A stretch of DNA of 64,000 bases from Bugula neritina (lineage: Eukaryota > Animalia > Bryozoa). Location: NCBI GenBank assembly GCA_964035545.1, contig OZ037767.1, positions 12,100,581 through 12,164,580 on the forward strand, written 5' to 3'. The position numbers and the translations under genes were made by a program. Positions 1-15,300 of the stretch are shown here, in pieces. A model generated the notes under the pieces. The model was not told the origin of the DNA. It saw only the letters and a list, made by a program, of their open reading frames with translations, and ran no database searches. Numbering within the stretch: position 1 is the stretch's first letter; each line of letters starts with the position of its first letter.

Positions 1-88
1 AAAGTAGACAACTCTCTACACTTACTTGTACTACACAATACTTAATATTTCATCTCACAACTAATAAATATATGCTAATATATTATAG

Positions 89-347
89 ATCTGAACCATT
101 CACCATGGTGACGTCACACTCCATTAACTCTCTTGCTAAAAAGGTAGTAAACCCTTGTGTGCACATGGCTGCTTCCTTAGATCCCGACGATGACATGGCA
201 GATGTTGATGACCTGTTCCTCGTGCCAGATGTTCTCAACGTGACTGCTGCTGAAAATGCTGCCACGATGACTATGAGCTATGCTGCCGACATGGTCACCT
301 CAGCTGTCAGCAGTGTTTTCTCCAGTTTCTGGCCCTCATCTAGTTAG
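89..347 (+). CDS. ATG14: Last coding exon of a probable ATG14/Barkor (autophagy PI3KC3-C1 targeting subunit); rest of the gene lies upstream of the window
   Basis: Acceptor tattatag at 81-88; open to TAG at 345-347; AATAAA near 429. RSEPF..., an acidic stretch (DPDDDMADVDD) and terminal helix DMVTSAVSSVFSSFW resemble, from memory, human ATG14 RSGPF..., SDEETDLGTDWENLP and the BATS helix GMISSAAASVTSWF. Confidence 0.62.
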
Positions 348-3305
348 CTTCTCTCTCCTCTACTCTCTCTCCTGTACATGATCTCAAATGTGTCAGATTC
401 TCACCCAAATTAGTTGTCTTCATCTCTTAATAAAGTGTAGGCCTTTACTATATGTTTTTTATATAATACAATATTATAAATTATTTACATCCTGTTCTTT
501 TTGTGATGTGTATATTGAAAGATACAAAATATAGTATATAATTATTCATCGAAAATTATTGCTTTTCTGCAGCAGTAGCTATGGTCTAAATAATAAATAA
601 TTGGTTTTAAACTTAAATAGGTGTTTTGTTGTCTATACTACAGCAACTTTGAAAAATAGAACAAGTATTTTCATAGATTCTCGGATGACAAATAGTTGCA
701 GGAGATAGGTAAATCTTGAAGAGAGATTAAGATATATCTATAATTGACAAGCAAATATTATGTGTCAAACCATTGAAGAGGCTTAAAATGTGTTTGTTTG
801 CTGCTGACCAAAAGCTTTACAAATGTCTAACCAGAAAAATTGAGATTACTGAGCTAGATGACAAGTAAACTGTGTGATTCACAAACGTATTTCATCAAAA
901 AACTGGTAGCTTAACAAACGTGAAAATTACGAGCTTTTTTTGCTGCAAATAGAATCTCTACAACACACACTTTATTTAAAGCCTAAACTCTAAAGTTATT
1001 TGCTTACCTAGTGGGTATAAGCAACTATTATTTGCAATAAAGATCTTTGTCAAAAGGTGCACTGATATATTTGCATATTTTTAATAAAAAAATTCTAATT
1101 TAACAAAGTTCTAACTTTCATACATTTTCAAAAAATTAGTCTGCAGGCTAATGCAATAGTTATAAAGAAAAGCTAAAAGCCAAAGTCATACATGCAACGA
1201 AATAGAGAAAAGATCAGACATCACAAAATTTTTAACTTTTTTTTTCTCTGTTAGACTTCAATCTGAAAGACAATTATGAAAAAGAATCCACTAAGGGCAC
1301 TTTAACTGGCTTTTCTAAAGGTATATGTCCTTGCAATGAACTTTTAGGTGCTGAATTGCATATATTATTGGCTTTAACCATAGCAGAATATGAGCATGAC
1401 TGCAAACATCCAAGCAGTTAATATCATTATATAACTCTTAGGTCTTACAATAATATGAAACACAGAGTGCACACTGGTGAAAATAATACAAGGGTTATCT
1501 CCCCAAAGTTCTGGCTTTTCTTTGTATCCTTTCTTGGAATTAGTTTCTATTGCAGTTTACAGTCAAAAGTCTGCTGAGTTAGCTATAATAAATTCTTTTG
1601 GCAAAACTCTTACAACGGTGCACTTGATAATTATGTGAAACAGTTATAACTACATGTAAATAATATTATGTTTCGTAATTCGAAAAACAACTTTAATTTT
1701 CCATTGTCTATTCTAATTATCTAGGCCTCTAGATCATCCTAGCTAAGTTGCTTAGGACCTGAAATGAAATTAAGATTTTTCATATATCTTTCAGTTAGTA
1801 TAATTTTCTACAACACATTTGATTTTTACTACTATTTGTTTAAGTTTTTTTAACGAAGCTACAAGCTCAAAACTACACAACTTCAAAACAGCTTAAATTG
1901 ATAAAAATGACGGAAGGAATTTAATGAACTCTGCATGCTACAAGGCAATTTTTATTTTCTATATACCACTTTATTAGTATCACTATAATAGGGAAATATA
2001 CCCCTACCTGAGCAGGACAAAGCTGAGATAGATGAGAAAAAACACCAGTAATGCTTTGTTTAGAAAGTAAGTGTTTAAGCAACTCACAAATTTATCTTGT
2101 TTTGGTGAAATACAACTCAGAGAAAGAAAAACTCCAAATAATAATCACAGGCTGAATTGACATTTGATGAGTTTGTTGGCCATTGCATACTTTCATACAG
2201 TTTTGTTTACGATTTATTGTTTCCTGTTTTATTTATTAGCTTTAGGGTTTAAGAATGAATCACAGCCTAAAAATTGTGTACTAAATTAAAGAAGAACAGT
2301 TAAACTTGAAACTGTTAGTCGTTTTGTAAAATTAGTAATGGCAAACTGTGGAGTTCAGAGGTAAACCCAAATTGCTTCTTCTACTTTAATTGACAAAATC
2401 AAATTACAACTGGTCTACAATTTCTACCAATAGATTTCTTTCTAGCAGTATTATAGCATAGTGGAAGCAACTCCTATTGTGCAAAATAAATACGCTTCTA
2501 GGTTGTCTTACAACTCTCATCGCTAGAAAATGTGTTCAAACCATCTTGTTGATGATTTGTGGTAACCAGAGATGAAATGCAATGCTAAAATTTTTGTTTC
2601 CCCTTACCAACACAAGACTTGCAAAATGTACTACAACTGTATGAAAGCTTAGCGATAGACTGCAAGTAAGTTTTTATACTAAACAGAGTCAAATGGTTAA
2701 ACAAGACACCAAACTAGCTTGCAGCTTTCTATTAAGGGTGAATATCTTCCATTATTGAAGGTATACTGCTCTCAGAACCAGTAGTGCTATGAACAAAGTC
2801 TTCATAAAGTACCAAACTATTCCAATATACTATCAAATTATTCCAATACACTCACATTACATTTTTATTTTCAAGTTAGCTTTATACAACAATATACTGA
2901 ACAATACATTTAATATGAGAAAGTTAAGAGTGATGTCATGGTACAAATAGAGTATGTAAAGGGCATGAATGAAAATCCAAAATTGGGATTCAAAAGTTAA
3001 GCATTTGGTCTAATTTAAGTGTGAATAAAAACTGCTAAAATAGCTAATAGAAATACAATTTAATAATGGACTTAAAAGTCTAGAAGTTTGAATCTAATAT
3101 TTATATGATAGCCTTATAAAACGTTTCCTTGCTTGGCCTAATGGTTGAGCAACTTTAAGTACTTAAAAAGATATTAACAGATGGAATATATGTAAAATAG
3201 ATATAAAATTGAAATGCATAAGTCAACAACAAACAACTATACAAGTAAATCAAGACAACTTCTTGATTTCAATATAAACTGAATAAATAATAAAACTCTA
3301 GAAAA

Positions 3306-6300
3306 TCAGATAGCATATCCAATATCATTGTTGATGGAGTTGAGGTCTTGCATGATATGATTGAGGTGGTCCATCTCAGAACTCAGGTGTTCTGTACTGC
3401 CAGACTTCTATAATAAAGAAACAGTTTCTATTAGAGGATAATCACTTTAAATACACTTCAATTCATTTAGTTCAACAAAAGTCTAATGCACTTGTAATCA
3501 AGTCACACAAGTTACACACGCAAATTTTAAGCTGCAGGACTTGAAATTTTCCATTTTTTAAAAACCATCTCTTGTTTGTCTTTATTTTCACAAGTAAATA
3601 GTAAAGTTGAAAAAGAAGTCATTTTTAAAGAAACCTTCATGAAATGCTGGAGATGCAGGCTTTGGATTAGTAGAGCAAAAAGCAGACTTAAACCAGGAAG
3701 AGTAAATTGAGCTCGTGGAGAGAGCTCTCATTTCTTTGTTTTACTGCACAGTGCTACATTCTTAAATAATGAAATCCCAACAACTGTCTAGAGAAACTTA
3801 CTTATAGTGATTTTCAGCTGAATTACATTGATTTCACTTTTTTCATTTAAAACCACAATTGGACATTTAATAAAGTTTAAAACTCGTCAAGCTGACGATT
3901 TAACACCTGGTAACTCCATCAACACCACTGGATGGAGTAACACTACCAGTTTTCTCAGTTAACATAAACTTGGAGTCTCCAGTCATCTACTTACTAGACT
4001 TATCTTTAACTCCTGTCTGCTAAGACTACCATGACTGAGTTCTCTGCTGAGATATGGAGGGCGGGGTGGTCTCTTTAGTGACCCAGTGTCTTCAGACTCA
4101 TCTGGAGTGGGCATTGTAGGCTTAAATACTGATATTGGCTGTGGCTTGACTACAGATGAAATGAAACTAGAGTGAGAGATGATACCTTAATGTAGAGAGT
4201 TGTTTGTGCTAGTTACTGGCTGTGAACTATTCAGTATATAGTTGTTATACATTATACTGGCCACCTTGTCTCAGATAGAGGGGACAACTCCTAAGGAAAT
4301 GAGGTATATAAACACCTACACGTAGATAGTACTGCGAGAAGAACAAGTAATGTATTACAGTTACCTATATGTTTGGGGATATGACCCGTTTCATTAACAT
4401 TATTGAAACTCCTGAGAGGGTAGGGACGGGCTTCCATAGGGGGAGGACGCGGTGGGGGCACTTCTTCTCCGTTTATCATATAAGGTCTGTTGAATGGGAT
4501 GGAGGAGGCATGGTTATACGACTCTACAAATACAAGAATATTGAGAATTGAGAGAGATGTTATAGATGTTACAGGTATTATAGCATATCATATAGTGCAG
4601 GGAAGGGAGTTATCTTCTCTAGTAAAGGAAAACTCAAGCACTAAACATATATCAGAGCAAAACATAGAAAGTGGAAGTGGTGACCTCATATCTACAGCAA
4701 TCCTTTGGAACAAAACAAATAGATTCCAACAAACAATACTTAGTTTAACAATAGGTAAATAATTAGTACGAAACAACCAAAGGAAGGCAGTAAAATAACA
4801 GTAACAACATAATTCACAACCTATTGCAGTACTGTGACGTTTAGCTCTAAGAGAATACCACACTAACAATACACGGAGACAAACACGCAACAAGAAATAC
4901 CTCCATTATCAAAGGCTCTGGAAGCCAGGTCGGCCACACCAATTAACCCTGTTACAGGGTCAGTTGAGAAAGATGACATTTCTAAAAGTATTACCATGTA
5001 ATAAAAATGCACAAAAATTTGCTTTTGCTAAATGAAATGTACTACATGAAGCATGTACTATATGAAGCATGTAATATATGAAGCATGTTCAAGAAAATGC
5101 TAGTCAAATTACATAATATGATCAACTCTAGCAAAACTGCTGTGAACATAGTCCAAGAAAATTAGCATCTACACTGAATGATATCTTTTACTTGTACTAC
5201 ATCTACACTAAATTATATCTTTTACTTGTACTACATCTACACTAAATGATATCTTTTACTTGTACTACATCTACACTAAATTATATCTTCTACTTGTACT
5301 ACATCTACACTGAATGATATCTTCTACTTGGACTACATCAAGTACATGTGTTCTTAGGTATCCTGCAGCCAGAGGGAGGACAACTTCAAACTAGCTTACT
5401 ATTGTACAGAAACATTAATTTATTTACATGTGCTTACAGGGTGGGCGCCAGTTTGAGGCAACACCCCCATTCAAGCAATTGAATCTAAGAACCCACACTA
5501 AACTATGGGTGCTAAAGCAAGCATTTAGATGGTGATAAGAAGTTAAGTCAACCTTGTAAAGTACCTAGGCCACTGTAGCTTCCATATATATCTACACAGA
5601 AATACAGCTCACATGTATTATACAGTGAATCAGCACACGCAGCATGCACCAACAGAAGGTAATTTTTGTTTAAATCAATTGAAAGCATGAATATAGCTCA
5701 TTCTAGTTGGCAGAAACTACGTCCAGAACAAACAGTTGATTAGAACAAAATAAATTATTTATAACCTTATAATACTGCAAAGTGTTAACTGTAGCATGCT
5801 ATAGCCTACGATATACTGCAACAAGCAGCATATTATTATGTAATATATGTATATTGTATCAAGTGCAGTATCTCTCAGGGAAAAAGTAAATATTTTGCAA
5901 CAGTGAAAGTATCTTGCTCTACATTGTGAATAACCATCTCATGTAGGGGACTACATTATGGGTGGTCATGTATGTACATTCAGTTGAACGTAGCAAGTAG
6001 AGGCAGCCTGCTGACTTTACTATATAGAGTTTGAACTCTTCCAGTCCCCGCAGCTGCAGGTATTTCCTCCATCTTATAGGAATATGTTACAAATATACCT
6101 GTTAGTATACTGTCTACCTGTTAGTATACTGTCTACGTGTTAGTATACTGTCTACCTGTTAATATACTGTCTACCTGCTAGAGTAATAACACAACACATA
6201 CCTGTAGCTGAACGAGAGGTGTCTCCCAGGTGCACTCTGGGGGTGCTGCTGTAGTTGTGGGTGCTGAATTGTGTCTTAGGGTACAGGGGTCTGCCATTCT

Positions 6301-9300
6301 CAGCAGCCATTGGCTGGACAGCTGCTCTGGGCATAGCTAAAACATTACACAGTAGCTGCTGTAGAAATCTATTATAATGGTCACATGACCAGATAACTTA
6401 GTCACACTCAGACGGTCACATGACCAGATAACTTAGTCACAATTAGCTATCCAAAAAGTAAGTTTCTCAAAGGACTAATTTCCTCATTGAAGGGACATCT
6501 CCCTGAGTCATTACACTGCAGGACACACCCACTTATTGAAGGGACATCTCCCTCAGTCATTACACTGCCGGACACACCCACTTATTGAAGGGACATCTCC
6601 CTGCGTCATTACACTGCAGGACACACCCACTTATTGAAGGGACATCTCCCTGAGTCATTACACTGCCGGACACACCCACTTATTGAAGGGACATCTCCCT
6701 GAGTCATTACACTGCAAGACACACACACCCACTTATTGAAGGGACATCTCCCTGAGTCATTACACTGCAGGACACACCCACTTATTGAAGGGACATCTCC
6801 CTGAGTCATTACACTGCAGGACACACCCACCTATTGAAGGAACATCTCCCTGAGTCATTACACTGCCGGACACACCCACTTATTGAAGGGACATCTCCCT
6901 GAGTCATTACACTGCAGGACACACCCACTAAAACTACAGCAACTGCTCTCCATCCTAATAACACTTTACAGCTGTGTAAGAAACTCAACAATGTCTGCTC
7001 ACACAGATCTGCTTGTCACTATTTCTGAATACCAGTGATTTCCGTGAGGTCAAAGGTGAATCTTGGTAGTTTCAGATCACTTATTTTGATGATTCAAGTT
7101 CAGTTATTTATCAAAAATTAAGAGATGGAAACAAAATTAGTTGAGCTTGTGTACAGAGTAGTGAGATGTTAGCCAGAGGTAAGACTGTAAGAGATAACAT
7201 GAGCTCCAACAACTCACTCCAGCTTTAGAATAAAACACTACACATGTGGCAGCTACATTAATTGCAGACAAAAAGGATTAATTGGTGCAGATCTACCACT
7301 AGACAACATGTATGTGGTCAATAATACTTAGCAGCAGCAGCTATGCAATGTGAACATGTAAGCTTGTGACTACAGCAAGTATAATTACAATGTATAGTAC
7401 ACAGTTGTGACTACAGCAAGTATAACTACATTGTATAGTACACAGCTGTGACTACAGCAAGTATAACTACATTGTACAGTACACAGCTGTGGCTACAGTA
7501 AACACAGTGTGGGCAACTGTAGTAATTGTGAAGAGCACGGTTAGCAGTTGGATTGTTGACACAACAGAAGAAAATGAACATGACTCACTACTGTAGGGGT
7601 TGTATACCGACACTCCGTAGCCACTCCCATCTACCACATACAAAGTCACTGGTGAAACGACTCAATGAGAGTAGAATACAAGATAACAAAGTGACTTAGA
7701 ATAAGAATTCTAGACCGTAAAACTAAGAAATAAATAAGTTAACAAGATGGTGGGCTGCGTACCGTCCCTGTGCTGGTGAGGAGCTATAATTATAGGCCGT
7801 TGTCTGCCCAGAGTTGAATAGCGAGGTTCATCCATGTAGCTGTCGCCCACCACGCTGGCACTGACCATGTCAAACTGCGTGTGATCCTGTAACATGGCGG
7901 TGCTCTCGTCCACCATACCGGCTGTCTCTCCATCCTTCTCCATGCTCTTCAGCTCAACCTAAACATAACATTACACAGCAGTCAGTCTTCTGCAGCCTAC
8001 AGCCCCTCCCCCCCCCCGCGCTTACATCATACTATGACGTGGACACAGTGTAGGCATGTGGTATAAATATAGTCCACTATCATTTGCTTACCTGGTCGTG
8101 ATCTATCCATAAGTCGGGCCGTTGCTGTTTCAGCCCCTTACTCATTCCTTTTGGGGCCTGGTTTGAGGCTTTTAGATTGGCAGGTCTGCTCCTTCCTTTC
8201 AGCACCTTCTTCCTGCACATGACGGCCACCAGAGCCGCTACAGCCAGCACGGTGACTGAGCACACACAGGCTATGACTATCCAGAGAGTCTGGGAAGATG
8301 CAAGAATTAGAGGTGGCTCTGTTGTTGATTCTGAAATATACATTATATGTGGGTACTATATGTGGGTACTATATGTGGGTACTGTATATGGGTATTGTAT
8401 GTGGGTATTACATGTGAGTATTGTATGTGGGTACTGTATGTGGGTGTTGTATGTGGGTACTGTATGTGGGTATTACATGTGGGTATTACATGTGGGTACT
8501 GTATGTGGGTACTGTATGTGGGTATTGTATGTGGGTACTGTGTGTGGGTACTACATGTGGGTATTACATGTGGGTACTGTATGTGGGTACTATATGTGGG
8601 TATTATATGTGGGTATTGTATGTGGGTATTATATGTGGGTATTATATGTGGGTATTGTATGTGGGTATTACATGTGGGTACTGTATGTGGGTATTGTATG
8701 TGGGTATTGTATGTGGGTATTGTATGTGGGTACTACACATTAAATAACACGTAAGCTCTGCTGGTCTTTGATTGGCAAATTCCATGCAATGCTTATCTAA
8801 ACTGTGGATGCACCCCCTAAAGATGTAGGACTCATTGTATAATACCCTAACAATTACCTGTTCCCGAGTGTTGTTTGGGACCCTCTGCTAATGTATCAAT
8901 CCAACCATCAGCTCTTCCAATATTTTTACTAGTCGGTTTCACTGTTACACGGACAGAATCTGTCGTCTCTTTTGAAGCTGTAACATAAACTCACTGCTAT
9001 TTCCAAGTTATAATCTAATATGTGTGAAAGGGTTGAATTACAAGAAAATATTTTTCACTCATTACTTTTCAAACATTGTTTTCAAGCATCGGGTTTTGGA
9101 TACAATATATAGCTTCCCTGCATACTTCAAATTATGGAAATATTTATGATCATCAGACAAGAAGCTAAGATAGAAGTAATACACATTAGTGTAGCAGTAT
9201 TACACATTAGTGTAGAGGTATTACACAGTAGTGTAGAGGTATTACACATTACTGTAGAGGTATTACACATTACTGTAGAGGTATTGAACTTGTTAGTAGA

Positions 9301-12300
9301 GACGAGGTGCTACTCACCCTCGGCTGTCATTATGGCCTTGGCATCAGAAGGCTGGGAGACCCCTCTGCTGTTGTGAGCAGCAATCATGAAGTAGAAGATG
9401 GTGGAGGGGGTGACTGGACCGAACCGGTAGTTGAGCTGATAGCCGTCCACAATCTCCACAGCCCACTTGTCCAGAGGCAGCTGGTAGTTGGTGTTGGAGT
9501 AGATGGTGTAGTGGATAATCCTGCCATTGGGAGTGCTGGGGGGCTGCCAGCTGATCATCAGGTAGTCGGGTTGAGCTTCTATCTTGGTGATGGTGAGGTC
9601 TCTAGGGGGTGAGCCGGGCTCTATATCAACATACATTACTACCATATATTGTGTACTCGCACACAAAAGAGCAACACTCTGAGAGTCAGCTGTGCATATT
9701 TATGACTAAAAACCAAAAAATTGGATATTAAAAGCAACTATGATAATAAATCGAGTGAACAAGATATACAGGTATACAAGGTGTACAGGTATACAATGTA
9801 TACAGGAACATAAAACATTAAAGTAGCAGCTAGTTAAGCCAAAAACCAATTCTAATGTCGATAGCAAACAACTTACTGTCTTCAAAGGTGGTGTTCCTTG
9901 CTGCCAGAGAGTAAATACTGAACCTGTTACCTCTGATGGTCATCACACTGAACTCATATTTAGTGTAGGGGCGTAGGCCACCCACCCGAACAAACAGCTC
10001 TGAAGAGTTGAGATACTGAGTCTTTCGCTGAGCTAAACCTACAAGAGATAAAGTTACTCGCTTAGAATAGTCAAATGACTAGAATGTTCTACTCATCTGT
10101 TAGCGTCACTCAACCAGTACTAAGCTGCTGCAATCAACTACAACACTCTTTTTCTACTAAACTGTATAACATTGGGAATTTCAGAAGAAAGAAGACAACT
10201 TCTAGAGCTAAGTTGACAGGTGAATACCCACCTGAGAGAGCGTTATACTTTACAGTGTAGATGTTATCGTAGAGAGGCCTCTGATTTGGCCCCAGGGTGT
10301 TGTCGTACCAAGTCACCATGACCGATGTTGGGGATAAAACTTCAACCTTGACCTCTAGAGGAGGTAAAAGTTTGGAGTCTGCAGGAGGATCCAACTCCTC
10401 GAGGGTGAACTCCTGCTGCTGGGCGTTGGGGCCATTGCCAGCGTTGTTGTAGGCCATCACCTGCACCACGTAGTTCTTCCTCGGCTCTACAATCAACTAG
10501 TGAGTCATAATACTGGCAGGGGGGGGGGAGGCACCCGACACAGCAGTTTTAGCAGAGGAGACACAACTACAAGCTAAGTCAAGACTCTGCACACTACAGC
10601 ACAGACACACATACAACTAACCTAATCCCTTCAGAGAGTAAATCCGTCTGCTGTGTGGAATATTCTCAATCCAGTGCTGCTCAGGGAAGCCAACTCCATA
10701 ACCTAACCGATAGCCTCGAACCAGAACGTCACTAGCATCATCTGGGGCTCCCCAAGACACTATTATCTCCCTGGCAAATGCCTTCAACTGGATAAAAGAA
10801 GGCTTTCCAGGAGCCCTGGACTCTACAAGGTATAACCACAGATACTGACAGTATGGTGCTGCTGAGAGAGAGAAGATAATTCCTTCTCATAAATTCTTCC
10901 AATATTAAAATTTCTAGTTACAATATAGAGAAGTGGCTATTAGCATTAGAAGGACTAACCATCTAGTTCCACTGTAAACGTCGTGACCTCTATCCAGCTG
11001 GTGAACTCTCCGGTGCCATTGACATTAACGGCAGCGATACGAACCAAGTAGACATCACCTGCACTGAGACCTGTGATGCTATAATCTCGAACATCTGCAC
11101 CAGTTGTATAAGCAGTGGCTCTGCTAGTGCTGAAATAATGGACAGCATGTAGAGTAGTGAGGAGGGAACAGCAACAACCTGCCCCAGCTGAATGCAGGTC
11201 TAAATGCAAGATTATACACAGACCTCTACAAAGCTAAACTCATGAATAGAAACAAAAATAAAAGTGAAACACACAGAAACTAAAATTAAGAAATGAACAA
11301 ACTGAGATGAACATCAGCTAAGCAACTGCTTGAAAAAAAAGCAACTAAAATTCCAAAACTACTGGCATATTGCAGGATACAGCTCAGTATACTACAGTTA
11401 GAAACGACTAGCTAGTTAGAAACACAACTGTGTACCTTTCATCAGAACTGTGAAATATTAATTATATTAAACATTAAAATACTACTCTACACAACAGTGT
11501 AGGGTAACACTGCCCAAACACATAGATAAAACTGACAAAACGCAACATGAGCTTTCACACAATCGAATCAATTGAGTTTTGCTTGTTGTCCACCCTGAAT
11601 AATTCCGTGTTTGACCAGAATTCTCACAGTCAGTTTGGATTCATGTGTTGGGTTTTAATAAAATAATAAACATGAATACCTCAGCATAACTAATGAATTG
11701 TAACATGACCATCATGTTGTAATTATACCTGATGTTGAATCACGTCAATGACTAATTTACTGTCACAATGAAAGAATTATAGTTATTTAAAATTTATATT
11801 TCACCATATGCAGTGCTGATGTATTAGGTTTTCATGATTGTTAATTTGTGCATTTTATATGGCATCTGTCTATTGATGACAAAAGAATAAATATTTTACA
11901 TTTAATATTTTTATAATCTAGGCTTTCAGTCACACAATGGAGAACCAGAGGAATTGTGCAGAACTGAAAATATATTAAAATATTTTCTTTAGCTCTAGAC
12001 TCCAACATTGCATGACCCAAACATAAACAGTAACATATTATATATAAAATTCTTTTACAAATGTTTCTGCTCAGTAATTTTATAATTAAAATTTTAGCTA
12101 GCCAGTTCTTTAAAGCCAATATTTTTGAAATGACTGAATGTTTTTCATTATTTGAATTTGATAAATTACGAATGGGTATGAAATTTTAATTCCTACATTT
12201 CCTAAACCCAAAAATCTATAAATAACTCATTAAAATGTTGATAAACTGCAAAATATTAAAATGGCTATTATGAATCATTTTCAACTGCATGAAATTGTAA

Positions 12301-15300
12301 AGTTATAAGTGCTAAGTAGTTCCAGGGCTTTGAACACAGATGGGTTGGATGTGCTAACATGTGTGTAGAGAATACCAAAGCCTCACTACTTCAGAGTGAT
12401 TCGAAACTAGTCATTAAGCCACTTCAAACTGACAGACAGCTTCCCTCCCTGCCCAGCAACATGACTACTCTAATGGCTACATGAAATATGCATTGTTTTC
12501 AAATAGCCGCAACTATTTGAGGGACAACTCCTAACCTCTATGCTGTGCAAACATTAGTATAGGATAACGCAGAGTTGAACTAAAGCTATTTAAATTTGTT
12601 GATACGCACCCATCTTTTTTCTTGCGGCGTATTTTATAGGCCGTGATCTCACCATTGCAGTGCTGGGGAAGGGGCGGCGACCATCTCATTGCTATCTCCG
12701 ATGTACCCACAGCTTCTGCAATCACGTTAGTGGGAGCACCAGATGGCTCTGAAATATTGTCATGCTTTTAGAATAAAATTAGCTTCACTTCAAGACCTGC
12801 TAACCATTTCAGTATAGCTGGCCTCCCACTTGGTACTGAAGGAGTGAAGAGCACAAGCTAATGATGGAGTGTACTCCTTACTATTCTCCTATCATTTCCA
12901 TTTAATAGCTAATGAGCCAAGCGCCTGCCAAACTACACAAGCATTAACTCTAGTCTAGATTTATAAAAACAAATCTTGCTCTAAGAGCCTCTGCTAATAG
13001 AACAAGGGGGAGGTGGTGAGACCAACACTGGACTGATATTAAGAGCTGAACTAATTAGCTTAGGCCAGTGAGTGAGACCACAAGTGGAGTAATTGGTCTT
13101 CATTGAGTGTCAAGAGTCTAGTATAAATATAGACTCTTTCACTCAGTGCTAAAATAGCTGCTTAGCCTCAGTCCTTACTGTCATATCAGGACACTTGAAT
13201 ACCACAATTGTTGAAAACTGAGAGACCACTGGCTTATCCTTATTCAAATTGACTCTATTTCTATTTTAAAAACATGGCAATCTTAGCCCGCAATATATCA
13301 ATCAACTAGCACCGAGATGTGCGGACTCCATCTGCCCTCCCCCCAACAAAGCCATCAGACGGATGGGAGCCTTGCAGGAAAATCTGATTTGTAAGTTTAG
13401 ATAAACAAATTCCATTATGGAGGATATACTAAGGCTCCATTCCCACTTGCCATACCTACGCCATATCAGCAAATATCAGCATTTTTTACAAATGTCTGAG
13501 CTTCCTGTACGGCGTTGCGGTACGGTAGGACCAAGCACTGCTTGAATCAAACAAGTTGCAGCGGGCTCCTATTGGACATAAAAACTTTTGCGTCAACTCA
13601 TTGGGTATAATTGTCCAATGAAGTGTCATAGACCGTACCTAATAGCGGACTTTGAAAACTTCAGTCCAGACACATTAAAACTGACTGATATTTGCTGTAC
13701 GTAACAGCAAGTGTTAATGAGGGGGGTCACATTAAACTACAAGCAGCTCCATTGTATTCCAGGAGAATAACTTTATAAGAGCTGCTTATATTTAAATTCA
13801 CAGGAATTAATTTACAGGCAGCATATCATTGGATGCTGCTGGGGAGATGGTGTGACAAAACGTCAAAGTCAATAACCATTCTGCAAAGGTGAAGGTCACT
13901 TACTATCTGGGAATGTTGTAACAGGCTTTTGGTCCGTGGGAGTGCCGGCACCGTTACCATTGGACGCTACAACTCTAATGTAATACTCAGTGTAGGGGTG
14001 AAGGTCACTGATAGTTGCTGTCCTCTCATTGGGCAGGACAGTGAGAGAGGATTCCCTTGACTGGTCATGACTATAGAAGTACACTCTGCAATGAAAAAGA
14101 GTTGAATACAATGATTCGTAGACTATGGCAATATGTGATATACAGTGGTGGTGTACAGTGGTGATGTACAGTGGTGGTGTACAGTGGTGGTGTACAGTGG
14201 TGATGTACAGTGGTGGTGTACAGTGGTGATGTACAGTGGTGATGTACAGTGGTGGTGTACAGTGGTGGTGTACAGTGGTGATGTACAGTGGTGGTGTACA
14301 GTGGTGGTGTACAGTGGTGGTGTACAGTGGTGATGTACAGTGGTGATGTACAGTGGTGGTGTACAGTGGTGGTGTACAGTGGTGATGTACGGTGGTGGTG
14401 TACGGTGGTGGTGTACAGTGGTGGTGTACAGTGGTGGTGTACAGTGGTGGTGTACAGTGGTGGTGTACAGTGGTGATGTACAGTGGTGGTGTACAGTGGT
14501 GATGTACAGTGGTGGTGTACAGTGGTGGTGTACAGTGGTGGTGTACAGTGGTGATGTACAGTGGTGGTGTACAGTGGTGGTGTACAGTGGTGGTGTACAG
14601 TGGTGATGTACAGTGGTGGTGTACAGTGGTGGTGTACTGTGGTGGTGTACAGTGGTGGTGTACAGTGGTGGTGTACAGTGGTGGTGTACAGTGGTGGTGT
14701 ACAGTGGTGGTGTACAGTGGTGGTGTACAGTGGTGGTGTACAGTGGTGGTGTACTGTGGTGGTGTACAGTGGTGGTGTACAGTGGTGGTGTACAGTGGTG
14801 GTGTACAGTGGTGGTGTACAGTGGTGATGTACAGTGGTGGTGTACAGTGGTGGTGTACAGTGGTGGTGTACAGTGGTGATGTACAGTGGTGGTGTACAGT
14901 GGTGGTGTACAGTGGTGGTATGCTCTTTTCTCAGCAAATATGTTTGAATAGTGGTTTACTGCTAGGTTAGGTAACTATATTATTGACTTGACATCAAAAT
15001 AATGCAAGTTGATGGATGCAAGAGCAGCCAGTTATGAAGAACAGACAGAATTATTGACTTGCTGTCACAGAGAGCTGACAGGATGTCATGACCTTGTGCT
15101 ACAGTACGGACTGTTTCAGTGTCTCACCTGAATTCTGTGATGGCGCCAAAAGTGACGGAGGGCATATCCCACGATACTTGTACACTATAGGGACTCGTAG
15201 GCCAGACCCTCATGTTAGTTACTGCTTCGGGCACCTGAGCAAACTCCCTGGTAGTGATGGTAATGTTAGTAGGCCTAGGGCTATGGCCGTTGATGTTGTG

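Noticed and set aside
5436-5600. TA-CAGGGTG Tc1/mariner-like terminus
   Set aside because: No matching inverted end or second copy was found.
6486-6929. CRISPR-like appearance of the 30-49-bp repeat arrays (also 20883, 31717, 40025, 53387)
   Set aside because: Units are head-to-tail with no unique spacers, no cas genes are present, and all lie in spliceosomal introns.
4281-12534. Shared 14-mer gggacaactcctaa in two DCC introns (about 4281 and 12521)
   Set aside because: Too short, with no further flanking similarity, to distinguish from chance or an old repeat.
13179-13260. Possible extra DCC exon (NRVNLNKDKPVVSQF...)
   Set aside because: Its open frame is phase 2-0, while the flanking exons join in phase 1; the phase-1 reading hits a stop.
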